From a virus, in UHGV virus genome UHGV-0182861: DNA of 38,350 bases; one strand, given 5' to 3'. This document shows, piece by piece, positions 9,457 to 18,756 of this stretch (position 1 is its first letter; each line of letters starts with the position of its first letter). Below the pieces are notes generated by a model. It saw only the letters and a program-made list of their open reading frames with translations. It ran no database searches and was not told the DNA's origin. The translations under genes were made by a program, and so were the position numbers.

Positions 9457-9801
9457 GCGGCGAAAAGGGATGTGGGCACAGGAGATAATCAGATACCGGA
9501 TATGGGAGCATTCGCTTCTGGTTCGGGATGGTTCAGGCTACCAGGTGGATATATTGTTCAGTTTGGCACTTTTTCAGGAAACACGACCCGCTTTATCAGT
9601 GGACACTTCCCTATACCATTCCCTAATCAGCCGATGGTTTCAGTCAGTGTTATGTCTGATGCCGTTCAGTCAGACCCGTCGAATCCTGCCCCGCAGGTTT
9701 TGTCTGTAAATTTTGAACATATCAGTAATTCAGCGTGGCGTGTGGCAACCAGTGATATCTCACAGCAATACAGATTCAGTTATATTTCGATAGGACGGTA
9801 G
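9457..9801 (+). CDS. Alternative tail-fiber C-terminal segment (H'), promoterless, expressed only after inversion
   Basis: In frame through the crossover site; both H and H' encode G-L-G-E at the site, as expected for Mu S/S'-type switching. Confidence 0.65.
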   Translation, partial: AAKRDVGTGDNQIPDMGAFASGSGWFRLPGGYIVQFGTFSGNTTRFISGHFPIPFPNQPMVSVSVMSDAVQSDPSNPAPQVLSVNFEHISNSAWRVATSDISQQYRFSYISIGR

Positions 9802-9803
9802 AA

Positions 9804-10244
9804 ATGCAGAAATATATTTTCAGTGCCGATAAAAATGCGTTTTTCCCTGTGGAGCTTAAAATCGCTTATCAGGAATCCGGCGAATGGCCCGATGATGGAA
9901 TCGAAATTGACGACACTGTTGCCGCCGAATTTATGAAGGAAGCACCAGAAGGAAAATACAGATGTGTCATCGACGGAATGCCTGCATGGATTGATATTCC
10001 ACCGCCAACTCATGAGGAACAAATTGCCGCAGCCGAACTGGAAAAGCAGCAATTGATTAATCAGGTCAACGAATACATAAACAGTAAGCAATGGCCTGGT
10101 AAAGCAGCGATTGGTCGCCTGAAAGGTGAGGAACTGGCGCAATATAATTTGTGGCTGGATTATCTGGACGCACTGGAACTGGTTGATTCCTCCAGTGCTC
10201 CAGATATTGAATGGCCTACGCCTCCGGCAGTTCAGGCCAGATGA
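9804..10244 (+). CDS. Alternative tail-fiber assembly chaperone (G')
   Basis: 146-aa ORF immediately after H'; C-terminal region (LWLDYLDALELVDSSSAPDIEWPTPP) parallels gpG C-terminus (LNAVLDYIDAVTATDTSTAPDVIWPELP). Confidence 0.7.
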   Translation: MQKYIFSADKNAFFPVELKIAYQESGEWPDDGIEIDDTVAAEFMKEAPEGKYRCVIDGMPAWIDIPPPTHEEQIAAAELEKQQLINQVNEYINSKQWPGKAAIGRLKGEELAQYNLWLDYLDALELVDSSSAPDIEWPTPPAVQAR

Positions 10245-10818
10245 CATCCGGTGCGGTGCTGGTATCTGTTGCCGTCACCGCGTCAATGTAATCCAGCACG
10301 GCGTTAAGTCGGGTTGTTTCTGCCTGCGTCAGCTTCCGCCCGGCCCGTAATTTCAGTTGAATCAGACTGATGGAAGCCATTGCTGCATCAATCAGTGACT
10401 GGCGCTGTGCTTCTGCCGCTTCTACTGCGGCGCTATGCTGTGCCTCAGTATCCGTCACCCATTTCTCACCATCCCATTTATCATATGGCGTTAACGGGGC
10501 GATAGTGGTTGTATTTTCAGGGTAATCACCCGGAGCTGTGATTTCTTTCGATTCTCCTGTTTCGGTGCTATAGATGATTTCACCGCGATGGTCTGGTACA
10601 TATTCCCATGAGTTAAAATCTGCAGAACGGCAGATTGCATAACCAGCTTTATGTGTAACTGGTGCATCTAAACAAGAACATGCCGGGATACCGACGCCAA
10701 CGGCAAGATATTCTGTTGATGATGAAATGTATTCCCGTGTCGTGTTGTCATAGTTATAGACGGTAATATCACCCGCTACTGTGGCAATAAATTCACTGTT
10801 TAATTTTGCCTGTGTCAT
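10216..10818 (-). CDS. G: Tail fiber assembly protein gpG
   Basis: 200-aa ORF directly downstream of H with 1-nt overlap. Confidence 0.85.
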   Translation of the reverse strand: MTQAKLNSEFIATVAGDITVYNYDNTTREYISSSTEYLAVGVGIPACSCLDAPVTHKAGYAICRSADFNSWEYVPDHRGEIIYSTETGESKEITAPGDYPENTTTIAPLTPYDKWDGEKWVTDTEAQHSAAVEAAEAQRQSLIDAAMASISLIQLKLRAGRKLTQAETTRLNAVLDYIDAVTATDTSTAPDVIWPELPEA

Positions 10819-12368
10819 TATGCAGCCCTCACGATGTAGTTAAATGCAATGTTGCGCGGGCGGGTTTCAGTGCTAATATTCGCTGCATTGTCAGAAGCAA
10901 CCCCACGAGTGCTGATAGCTCTTACTGCTGAAGGTAGGCTTTGAGGCTCCCGGTCAGTATAGGCAATCCCCCCATCCCCTCCAGTTACTAGCGGACCATA
11001 ATTCCCGGTCTGACCAATAGTTGACGATGTTGTATTTGAACCTGTCCAGAACTCTTGGTTATGTGAGTGGTCTCTGAGTGAATGGCCTTGAGATGAAAGC
11101 AGCGCACGCCCGTTGTCGATACCACGACTATCATCCCATCCACGGATAAACTCACCGCGTAAATCAGGTAATTTATTTGTTGGATAAGCCTTTGCCAGTT
11201 CCGGGTATTCTTCAGCAGAAAATGCCGCACCGTTGCATTTCAGCCAGCCTGTTGGCGGTGTGGCTGAAGGCCATGGAACAGGCACACCAACAGGTAATGC
11301 AGAGCCTTCTCCCAAACCAAGGTATGTGAGAAGACCAGTTACATCCTTTCCACTCAAATTAGTCAGCGTATTGTCCAGCGGTTGTTTACCTGCCAGTGCA
11401 TTAAGCATTGTCGTGGCAAAGTTCGGGTCATTCCCCAGCGCCGCCGCCAGTTCGTTCAGTGTATCCAGTGCCGCAGGTGCAGACCCCACCATTGCCGCAA
11501 TCGCCGATTTCACAAATGCCGTGGTGGCAATTTGTGTATTGTTGACCGACTGTGCCGCAGTAGGTGCGGTTGGCGTTCCGGTGAGTGTCGGACTCGACAG
11601 CGGCGCTTTCAGTGCCAGCGCATTGTTAATGGTGGTACTGAATTTCGGATCATTGTTAATGGCTGCGGCTATTTCTTTCAGCGTGTCCAGCGTGGCTGGC
11701 GCACCATTAATAAGAGCCGTCAGAGCCGCCTGAACAAACTCGGTGGTCGCAATCTGCGTGGTGTTATTCCCTGCTGCTGGCGTTGGCGCTTTGGGTGTCC
11801 CGGTAAACGTCGGACTTTCTTTGGGTGCATACTGTGAATGCGGGTCCGGTGCGGCAAGATGTTTTGCCATCTGATCATCCGCGTACACCTTCAGCTCCAG
11901 TGCCTTGTCATCCACATACTTGCGGGTTGCCAGCACTACAGCAGGGTCGATTTTCAGGGTGATATTGTCCGTGCTGCTGGTAATCAGCACCATGCGCACG
12001 GTCTGAGTGCGCCCGCTACCTTCAGCCAGTTGCGGCTTATAGCTTTCCGGGCAGTTGCCCACGGCAATCAATGCCCCGGACTCATCAAACAAGCCCACTT
12101 CACGTATCCACCAACCGCCCTCGTTTTCAGGGATCACCTGTTCGGCAATAATCTGACTACTGTTCTGCGGGTCGATATAGAGCATATTCAGCGCAGCCCG
12201 GCGTTTCTCATTTACCAGTGCAGTCTGCTTTGAGTCTGGCGTTGGCAATACTCCGCCGCCATCGCCGACCGCCATATGGGTAATTTTTAGCGGCACACCG
12301 AGCGCGGCGGCGCTGGCAAGTTTCGCCGCGCCAATATCCGTCAGCAGGGTATAAAATTTTGTGCTCAT
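10818..12368 (-). CDS. H: Tail fiber protein gpH (constant N-terminus plus currently fused variable C-terminus)
   Basis: 516-aa product MSTKFYTLLTDIGAAKLASAAALG... resembles P2 gpH N-terminus; contains an internal tandem repeat and the crossover site. Confidence 0.9.
   Translation of the reverse strand: MSTKFYTLLTDIGAAKLASAAALGVPLKITHMAVGDGGGVLPTPDSKQTALVNEKRRAALNMLYIDPQNSSQIIAEQVIPENEGGWWIREVGLFDESGALIAVGNCPESYKPQLAEGSGRTQTVRMVLITSSTDNITLKIDPAVVLATRKYVDDKALELKVYADDQMAKHLAAPDPHSQYAPKESPTFTGTPKAPTPAAGNNTTQIATTEFVQAALTALINGAPATLDTLKEIAAAINNDPKFSTTINNALALKAPLSSPTLTGTPTAPTAAQSVNNTQIATTAFVKSAIAAMVGSAPAALDTLNELAAALGNDPNFATTMLNALAGKQPLDNTLTNLSGKDVTGLLTYLGLGEGSALPVGVPVPWPSATPPTGWLKCNGAAFSAEEYPELAKAYPTNKLPDLRGEFIRGWDDSRGIDNGRALLSSQGHSLRDHSHNQEFWTGSNTTSSTIGQTGNYGPLVTGGDGGIAYTDREPQSLPSAVRAISTRGVASDNAANISTETRPRNIAFNYIVRAA
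11307..11332. repeat. Invertase crossover site, right (within H coding sequence)
   Basis: ttctcccaaaccaaggtatgtgagaa with dyad half-sites TTCTCCCAAACC / TTCTCACATACC. Confidence 0.7.
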
Positions 12369-12970
12369 GGATTCACTCTCATTGTGTCAATAACATGGAC
12401 CGCCCCGCCTTCATGCGCGGTGCCGCCAGAAATAATTGTTTCGTTGATATACGGATAGATCGTGATTTCTTCGCCAAGATAGCTGGCGGCCCCCACCCAA
12501 TGCGGACCGCTAGTCTGCAGATTGATGGACATGCCGATCATGTGACGGCTACATGGTTTGGCATCGCTTATCAGCCGCTCAAGTTCCAGATAGGTATCTT
12601 CAGTGATGCCCTGGTCCTGCACGCCGATATCCAGGCGAAACGTGCCCGGTGTTTCTCCGGTCTGCCACCACTCAATAATGCGGATCAGGAATCCGAACGG
12701 TTCCACCACCCGCCGCACGGCACTGGTAGTTCCTTTATGCTGATGAATATAAAAAGCATCCTTCACTACATGGCGTTTGACGCTTTCTGTCCAGCCCTCG
12801 TCCCAGCGATCCACAGAGAACGCCCAGGCGAGATAAGGCAGGAAGCTGACCGGACAGGTAGCCGGATTCCACAAGTCACGCAGCGGCACCTGCAGATCAG
12901 AAATCCCGCTACAGGTTTGCGCCAGTCGGCGCTCCAGTGAAGTTGAACCCGGTGGCAGCAGACTATTCAT
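12365..12970 (-). CDS. I: Baseplate protein gpI
   Basis: MNSLLPPGSTSLERRLAQTCSG... matches recalled P2 gpI. Confidence 0.9.
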   Translation of the reverse strand: MNSLLPPGSTSLERRLAQTCSGISDLQVPLRDLWNPATCPVSFLPYLAWAFSVDRWDEGWTESVKRHVVKDAFYIHQHKGTTSAVRRVVEPFGFLIRIIEWWQTGETPGTFRLDIGVQDQGITEDTYLELERLISDAKPCSRHMIGMSINLQTSGPHWVGAASYLGEEITIYPYINETIISGGTAHEGGAVHVIDTMRVNP

Positions 12971-13871
12971 CCGTTCCTCCGTTGGTTACGCTCCACTGCG
13001 TACATGATGCCGCCTGTGTTTTGTTCAGGACCACATCCGCCAGCGGAGAAGCCAGTTCCACACGTTGAACACCCTCAACATGCAGAGCAGCAAAGATGGC
13101 GCTACGGCGAATATCCCGACCAAGCCTCGTCTGGCTGGCAATGTACTTCTGCAGACTGGCTTTTGCCGCTGCCATTACCGGCTCTGCTTCCGGCCCCGGA
13201 TAGAGAAAAATGGTGGCTTCCACGCGGTACGGGATGATTTCTGCGCTGCGAACCGTCAGACGGTCAGCCACCGGGCGGACGTTCTCACTGTTCAGAGCTT
13301 TTTCCACCACGTCCAGCAGGTCTTTTTCTGCCGTTCCGTCGCCTTCGCGGCTCAGGACAGTCAGCACCACCTCTGCAGGTGCCGGGCTGGTTGCACTGGC
13401 ATCCGCCACCCGACCGTCGGCGCTTCGGGCATGAAATTCATAAGCTGCAGTTGGCCCCGCAACAGAAAGCCCTTCAAAGGCTGCAGGCACACGCAGGCGT
13501 AACGCTTCATCGCTTTCCATCACAGCTGCAACGGGCGGCACAGCATCATTATCAGCAGGCGTCACCGTCAGGCGTGTCACGTTGTAGTTGGCAGCGAGCT
13601 GGTCCAGATCGCTCCCTATGGCATAAGCCACCATCACCGCCTGCGCGGCTTCGTTAATGCGCTGGCGCAGAAGCAACTCACGATAAGCATTCTCCTGCAA
13701 CAATTTGGTGACGGGTTCAGATTCCAGTTCCAGGGTACGCATCACAGCCTCCTGTTCATCTTTCGGATGAAGCGCCACAAATTCGGCCTTGCGTTCGGCA
13801 AGCAGCGTCTCAAAGTCCGGCACATCCACAATCTGCGGCGCAGGCAACTGCGAAAGGTCAATCACTGCCAT
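12963..13871 (-). CDS. J: Baseplate protein gpJ
   Basis: Start trimmed to internal Met (MAVIDLSQLPAPQ) of the 315-aa track ORF; P2 order W-J-I. Confidence 0.85.
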   Translation of the reverse strand: MAVIDLSQLPAPQIVDVPDFETLLAERKAEFVALHPKDEQEAVMRTLELESEPVTKLLQENAYRELLLRQRINEAAQAVMVAYAIGSDLDQLAANYNVTRLTVTPADNDAVPPVAAVMESDEALRLRVPAAFEGLSVAGPTAAYEFHARSADGRVADASATSPAPAEVVLTVLSREGDGTAEKDLLDVVEKALNSENVRPVADRLTVRSAEIIPYRVEATIFLYPGPEAEPVMAAAKASLQKYIASQTRLGRDIRRSAIFAALHVEGVQRVELASPLADVVLNKTQAASCTQWSVTNGGTDE

Positions 13872-14217
13872 TCTCTGCTCCTGTTGATACGGAAAGGGAA
13901 ACAGGCACACCGTTATTACGCCGCCCGGTCAGCTCCACCACCATTGAACCGTCAAAATTGCTGTTAATGGTGATGGAATCCAGCGTCAGCCGTGGCTCCC
14001 AGCGACTCAGCGCCACATACACTGCCGACATGACCTGCAGGCGTAATGCCGGATTTTGTGACTGGTCTATCAGTGCCGACAGCAGAGAACCATATTCCCG
14101 ACGGGCAATACGGCTACCCTGCGGTGTCAGCAGAATGTCCCGCACCGACTGGCGCAGATGGTCAATATCAGTAATGGCTTTGCCGCTGGTATTATTCATC
14201 CCGCTATAAAGCGTCAT
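13858..14217 (-). CDS. W: Baseplate wedge protein gpW
   Basis: 119-aa product in P2 position V-W-J. Confidence 0.85.
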   Translation of the reverse strand: MTLYSGMNNTSGKAITDIDHLRQSVRDILLTPQGSRIARREYGSLLSALIDQSQNPALRLQVMSAVYVALSRWEPRLTLDSITINSNFDGSMVVELTGRRNNGVPVSLSVSTGAENGSD

Positions 14218-14792
14218 ACCGGACCTCCGGTTGTGTCGCCGCCTTTCAGAACGCCAGTATGCTGATGCGCATCAACCACAATCCCGTTAGAACTCATCGC
14301 TCCGCCGCCCTGGGTAACGCCACCATTGATCACCACTTCGCTGTTAATGCGCGTGCGGTCAGCCTCCAGTACAAACTCACTGGTTTTCATGGTGATGTTG
14401 TCGGCAGCCTCAATGACCATTGATTTGATGCCCCTGACATACCAGCGCCCGGTGGCGGGTTCGTATTCAAACCAGCCACCGTCAGGATGTTCTGTCACGC
14501 AGGCGTCCGCCGACGTCGACGGTGGAGCGAACTGATTCGAATAGACAGCGGGCAACGCAAAGGCGGTTTCAAGATTTCCGCCCAGACTCAGCAGCACCAC
14601 CTGTTCACCTTCCGTTGGTCGCCACCATGTGCGGGCATTCCCGGCACGCAGCGTCAGCCAGCTTATCCAGTTGGTTTCAAGGTCGCCCGTTTTCACCCGA
14701 CAAAGCCAGTTTTCCCTGTCCACTTCGGTGACTACCCCTGTGCGGATCAGGTTGGTGATGAGGCGCATGATTTCGGTTAGTTGTGCGTTCAT
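14214..14792 (-). CDS. V: Baseplate spike protein gpV
   Basis: 192-aa product aligns with recalled P2 gpV. Confidence 0.9.
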   Translation of the reverse strand: MNAQLTEIMRLITNLIRTGVVTEVDRENWLCRVKTGDLETNWISWLTLRAGNARTWWRPTEGEQVVLLSLGGNLETAFALPAVYSNQFAPPSTSADACVTEHPDGGWFEYEPATGRWYVRGIKSMVIEAADNITMKTSEFVLEADRTRINSEVVINGGVTQGGGAMSSNGIVVDAHQHTGVLKGGDTTGGPV

Positions 14793-14838
14793 AGGGAAAG
14801 GTTGCCATCAGGGGAAGAAAGGCGGCAGTGCTGCAACT

Positions 14839-14856
14839 TGTATCAGTGCTGATACA
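14839..14856. promoter_or_regulatory. Late promoter activator site (TGT-N12-ACA) upstream of V
   Basis: tgtATCAGTGCTGATaca palindrome in the S-V intergenic region. Confidence 0.55.
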
Positions 14857-14860
14857 AAGA

Positions 14861-15307
14861 TCACCCCGCCAGCCATTGCAGAATCATGTCGCGGGTCATT
14901 GCCTCAACATCATCATTTACACCCAGCAGGCGGCGCTCTGCGTAACGGACCTCCGGTCCTTTGCGACTGACGCGATCACGCAGGCCGTAATGGTGAACAC
15001 GGGCAATACGCTGCACCTTGCCTTCAAACTGTACGCTGGCAGAGTCGGCGCTGGCGGCAGTTTTCAGGTATTTTGTGGTGCGCAGCTTTGCAAACATCTG
15101 ACGTTTGATGCGCCCCTTCTTGCTGCGTGCTGTTACCCTGCGCGGTTCATAACTGCTGCCATCTGGATTGCGCTGCATCCTGATATTCTGCTGCTGTGTC
15201 CGGCGCAGTTCCTGCGCCAGCTGGCGCATCATGCGGCTTCTCGTGGCTGGTTCCAGATTCGCCAGCAAGGCACTCAGCCAGTCGTCCACCTTCTGCAGTT
15301 CAGCCAC
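14861..15307 (-). CDS. S: Tail completion protein gpS
   Basis: 148-aa product in P2 order R-S-V. Confidence 0.85.
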   Translation of the reverse strand: MAELQKVDDWLSALLANLEPATRSRMMRQLAQELRRTQQQNIRMQRNPDGSSYEPRRVTARSKKGRIKRQMFAKLRTTKYLKTAASADSASVQFEGKVQRIARVHHYGLRDRVSRKGPEVRYAERRLLGVNDDVEAMTRDMILQWLAG

Positions 15308-15752
15308 GTTTCACCGTCCACATTTCTTCAGGTTCATCGGGTTCTGCTACAGCTTCAACGCTCGACACACTGCCGTCAGTGCTGACCAGCACACGTTCCG
15401 TCAGTTGCAGGTTAAGGCTGATATCACAGACATCGTTGCGCAAAATATCCACATCAAAGGTGAATAGCTTTTCCCGTAACGCCGGGTTATTGATGGCATC
15501 GGGCTGGTTATCCCGAAGCCACAGTAAAACCGGGGCCATCAGCAGATTCTGGTCGCCACTGAAATCCTCTATCACCACGTTCAGGGTATAGCGGTACTCC
15601 CATGACATGGAGCTGGCCCCCGTGGCAACCAGCGAACCGTTATCCACAAACAGATGCAGTTTGTCCGGGTTATTGCGGACATAAGGCACCGCTTTATTGA
15701 GGGCGTGGCGCAGGGATTGTGGTTTGTTCACTGTTTCGCTCCTGACACGCAA
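15300..15752 (-). CDS. R: Tail completion protein gpR
   Basis: 150-aa product in P2 order; overlaps S start. Confidence 0.85.
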   Translation of the reverse strand: MRVRSETVNKPQSLRHALNKAVPYVRNNPDKLHLFVDNGSLVATGASSMSWEYRYTLNVVIEDFSGDQNLLMAPVLLWLRDNQPDAINNPALREKLFTFDVDILRNDVCDISLNLQLTERVLVSTDGSVSSVEAVAEPDEPEEMWTVKRG

Positions 15753-15984
15753 TAATCATGTCCACTTTGTCTGCACAGACCGCCCAGGCGGCCTCCGTTT
15801 CATCCAACAACGCGTTCAGATCACCGTTAGTGCGCGGCGCTGCCTGCTCCAGCCGACACGGTGTCACTCGCGGACAACCACTGACGATAAGCTGCACCTC
15901 CGGTGAGTGCCGAACGTTCCCGCAGCCGGATAATGTCAGCAGGCAAAGGAGTATCAGCCCAGCGGCGTAAATCCTCGTTCTCAC
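15694..15984 (-). CDS. lysC: Outer-membrane spanin lipoprotein (LysC / Rz1-like), embedded out of frame in lysB
   Basis: Signal peptide plus lipobox LTLSGC; overlaps lysB 3' region in another frame. Confidence 0.6.
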   Translation of the reverse strand: MRTRIYAAGLILLCLLTLSGCGNVRHSPEVQLIVSGCPRVTPCRLEQAAPRTNGDLNALLDETEAAWAVCADKVDMIIACQERNSEQTTIPAPRPQ

Positions 15985-16255
15985 GTTTCAGTTCCTCGAT
16001 CCGGTGTTGTCGTTGTCTCAGCAGCGCGCTGGTCTGTTCTGCTTCGGCATAGAGCCGCGCCTGCTCCCGGTTATTGGTTTCAGTCAGAATGGACAGGCTA
16101 ATAAGCTGGCTGTTGCTCTTTGCCAGTGCCTGGCTTTTGCTCTGCAGCTCGTCTGCCTGCGTACTAATGGTCTGGCTGGCATCAGCCAGCCGCCACGTCT
16201 GCCAGCCCAGCGCCGCCAGTAATAACGCCAGCACAACCAGCAGCAACCGGTTCAT
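15827..16255 (-). CDS. lysB: Inner-membrane spanin (LysB / Rz-like)
   Basis: N-terminal TM helix, then coiled-coil region rich in Q/E/R. Confidence 0.75.
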   Translation of the reverse strand: MNRLLLVVLALLLAALGWQTWRLADASQTISTQADELQSKSQALAKSNSQLISLSILTETNNREQARLYAEAEQTSALLRQRQHRIEELKRENEDLRRWADTPLPADIIRLRERSALTGGAAYRQWLSASDTVSAGAGSAAH

Positions 16256-16629
16256 GCTGCTACCTGTTGCGCCATCTGATTACGGGTGATCCAGAAGGCA
16301 ATAACGGTCAGCAGATAAAAGACCAGGGTAATAGCCCACCCCGTCCAGGCGAGACTTACGACAATCAGCAATCGCATCACCCAACTGATAAATACGTTTT
16401 CTTTTCGGGTAATTGTCTTCAGCAAAGATGCCCTTAACTCCTGCCAAAGCGGGCCATTCTTAATTAACGCAGCCAGTGCTACCGGAATTACCGCCCATGT
16501 CAGCAAACAGGCTACCCAAACGCCGGACGCTGCCAGTACCGGAAAAATCCCCTGCGGATAAACCATTGCTGCGATTAACAGCGCCATCCATAACATCAGA
16601 AACAGTCCGCTGATTAATTTCTTTTTCAT
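16252..16629 (-). CDS. lysA: Lysis-associated membrane protein (LysA-like)
   Basis: Start trimmed to MKKKLISGLF; multiple TM helices; placed between endolysin and lysB as in P2. Confidence 0.6.
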   Translation of the reverse strand: MKKKLISGLFLMLWMALLIAAMVYPQGIFPVLAASGVWVACLLTWAVIPVALAALIKNGPLWQELRASLLKTITRKENVFISWVMRLLIVVSLAWTGWAITLVFYLLTVIAFWITRNQMAQQVAA

Positions 16630-16630
16630 T

Positions 16631-17143
16631 TCAGTTTGCTCCCTGTAAACACCAGGCCATCTCCCGCGCACGGCGGTTATCCAGCCCCTGATTAAACACA
16701 CCTTTTACATACACCCAGCGCGGTAACTGTCGGCACGCATCCGCCCAGCGCCGCTGGTTGAGCAATTTCACCAACGTGGAACTGCAGGCATTGCCCGTTC
16801 CCACGTTGAAGGCAAACGACACCACCGCGTCATACACCTTCTGCGGCGGCTGTTGCTTCACACACCTTTCCAGCACCCGCTCCACACGTAGCACGTTGGA
16901 GATCAGCCCTTCTGCTGCCTGTCGTTCCGTAATGGTTTTGCCGGGAATGACGCCCGACGTATTACCAATGCCGTCGGTCCAGACACCCGCGCTGCACTGA
17001 TACGGCTGCAGACGACAGCCTTCGTAATCGGCAATCAGTTTCAGTCCCTCCACGGAGGTGTGAAGCTGCTGAAAACCCGGCAGCGTGGCAGCAATAGCCA
17101 GCACGGTCCCGACAAGGCAGCGTTTAACGATTGATGGATTCAT
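16631..17143 (-). CDS. K: Endolysin, lysozyme-type with N-terminal SAR-like hydrophobic segment
   Basis: 170-aa product with hydrophobic N-terminus LVGTVLAIAATLPGF followed by lysozyme-like core (LKLIADYEGCRLQPYQC...GVWTDGIGNT). Confidence 0.85.
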   Translation of the reverse strand: MNPSIVKRCLVGTVLAIAATLPGFQQLHTSVEGLKLIADYEGCRLQPYQCSAGVWTDGIGNTSGVIPGKTITERQAAEGLISNVLRVERVLERCVKQQPPQKVYDAVVSFAFNVGTGNACSSTLVKLLNQRRWADACRQLPRWVYVKGVFNQGLDNRRAREMAWCLQGAN

Positions 17144-17339
17144 AATCCTCCCGCGAGATCTGCCCGTCGCGCAGAAGCTGGTAGGCTTTGTGTTTGTAGT
17201 ACCAGTTGATAGCCAGCATCAGCACACCAATCATCAGGCCGCCCAGCGTTGAGGCATCCTTGATGGACAAATCGCCCAGCCAGGCCAGCACGACGGCGAT
17301 GCAATACGTGATAAAGGCGCTGATTCGCTCAAGCGTCAT
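17124..17339 (-). CDS. Holin (71 aa, two TM segments; pinholin-like)
   Basis: Small two-TM protein with charged C-terminus immediately upstream of endolysin. Confidence 0.7.
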   Translation of the reverse strand: MTLERISAFITYCIAVVLAWLGDLSIKDASTLGGLMIGVLMLAINWYYKHKAYQLLRDGQISREDYESINR

Positions 17340-17342
17340 AAT

Positions 17343-17543
17343 TCAGTCCCATAGCTGGACGGTCTGCACGGTGGTGGTCGGAATGTCCGGCAGCTCCACC
17401 TGCAGCCCGTGAGGTAAAAAGGGGCCGTGTTCGGCAAGCCCCGGATTTGCCTTCAGTACCTGCTCCGTGACACCCTGTGTACGCCCGTAATGACGCCAGC
17501 AAAGCGCGTCCACCGTGTCATACTGATGCGCACGTACTTTCAT
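17343..17543 (-). CDS. X: Tail protein gpX
   Basis: MKVRAHQYDTVDALCWRHYGRTQG...LWD aligns with recalled P2 gpX. Confidence 0.9.
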   Translation of the reverse strand: MKVRAHQYDTVDALCWRHYGRTQGVTEQVLKANPGLAEHGPFLPHGLQVELPDIPTTTVQTVQLWD

Positions 17544-18070
17544 CAGATAAGCTCCACTGTGCAGTGCGGCGCATCCTGCACCCGGCTGACGGCCCAGCGG
17601 GCGTCACGCCACAAATCACCGCTGGCTTCTGCCAGTTCTTCACCTCGCTTCACACCGGATGCCGTGGCGTCATAGTCCTGATATCGTTCGTTGAGCATGG
17701 CGCGTGCCCAGCAGTAAACCGCGTTGAAATAGTGCTGAATGCGCTCACTTTTCCCGTCCAGCTGTTCTGCCGGAACCTCTGCCAGCGAGGCATACCCCAG
17801 CATCTGCTGGCGTCTGCGAAACTCATACAGCTCTGCGTTGACCTCCGAAATTGCCGACAGCGCAACCTGCTTTAAACGCGGCTGCGTCACCGTGCCGTCA
17901 GTGCGCATCACGCTGCGAAACTCCGACAGGTCCACATCAGGCCAGAACGGCGTATTTCTGATGATTTCCGCCTGTTCCGGTGCCTGTTCTGGCGCAACAA
18001 ACTTCATGCTGCTTTCTCCTGAAATAGAGGGCGGTGGACGGGGTTTTGATGTGGCGGTGCCTTTCGCCAC
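17543..18070 (-). CDS. L: Head completion protein gpL
   Basis: 175-aa product in P2 order M-L-X. Confidence 0.85.
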   Translation of the reverse strand: MAKGTATSKPRPPPSISGESSMKFVAPEQAPEQAEIIRNTPFWPDVDLSEFRSVMRTDGTVTQPRLKQVALSAISEVNAELYEFRRRQQMLGYASLAEVPAEQLDGKSERIQHYFNAVYCWARAMLNERYQDYDATASGVKRGEELAEASGDLWRDARWAVSRVQDAPHCTVELI

Positions 18071-18102
18071 CCCGTGCCGCCCGTGCGCGGGGGCACGTTC
18101 TG

Positions 18103-18753
18103 TCAGCGGCTGTCATTGCGCAGTCTGCGCTCCAGCTGCTGTTTGTCTTTTTTCACGCCACAGCGGGGATCGAGCTGTAACGCATGGTTGAGATGATTAA
18201 GGGCGGAAGCCGGATTGCTTTCACTCAGGACAGCGCCAATCGCTTTATGCAGACGCGCCCGTGACTGGTCCGGCATATCCAGACCGTCTGTCAGCTCCAG
18301 CGTCTGCAGCAACAGATCGGCATCAAAGCCGGTGGCGGCAAGCATTGCGCTCTGCGCTGCATCTGCCATTTCCTCTGCCAGCACGGTCTGCACGTTGCGG
18401 TTACCCAGCGGCATCACCCAGCCATGACGCAGGGCATGACGCCCGATCTCCAGCGCCCCGGCATAATCTCCGGCATCAATGCGCCACAGCATCACGTACA
18501 TCAGCACGTCATCCTGTTGAGCGCCTCCGGCAGCCAGGACGCCCTCCGCCCAGGCGGCATATTTCGGCAGCAGCTCCACCTTTATTTCCGCTTTTTTGAC
18601 CGTGGACTGAACGCCCTTGAGACGGCGGCGGTCTTCCGCCAGTTGCAGCAGCATCAGGTCATAGCCCGACGCGTGGCGAACACTGCCGCCCTCACGGGCG
18701 GCCTGTTCAGCCTGAACGCGCAGGCGATGCTGCCGTGCGGGACTCAGGCTCAT
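18103..18753 (-). CDS. M: Terminase small (endonuclease) subunit gpM
   Basis: 216-aa product in P2 order N-M-L. Confidence 0.85.
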   Translation of the reverse strand: MSLSPARQHRLRVQAEQAAREGGSVRHASGYDLMLLQLAEDRRRLKGVQSTVKKAEIKVELLPKYAAWAEGVLAAGGAQQDDVLMYVMLWRIDAGDYAGALEIGRHALRHGWVMPLGNRNVQTVLAEEMADAAQSAMLAATGFDADLLLQTLELTDGLDMPDQSRARLHKAIGAVLSESNPASALNHLNHALQLDPRCGVKKDKQQLERRLRNDSR

Positions 18754-18756
18754 GGG

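Larger units (their letters stand above)
9431..11332. other. Invertible tail-fiber segment (about 1.9 kb)
   Basis: Bounded by inverted 26-bp crossover sites; contains the variable H C-terminus plus G in the expressed orientation and a silent alternative H' C-terminus plus G' in the opposite orientation. Confidence 0.75.
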
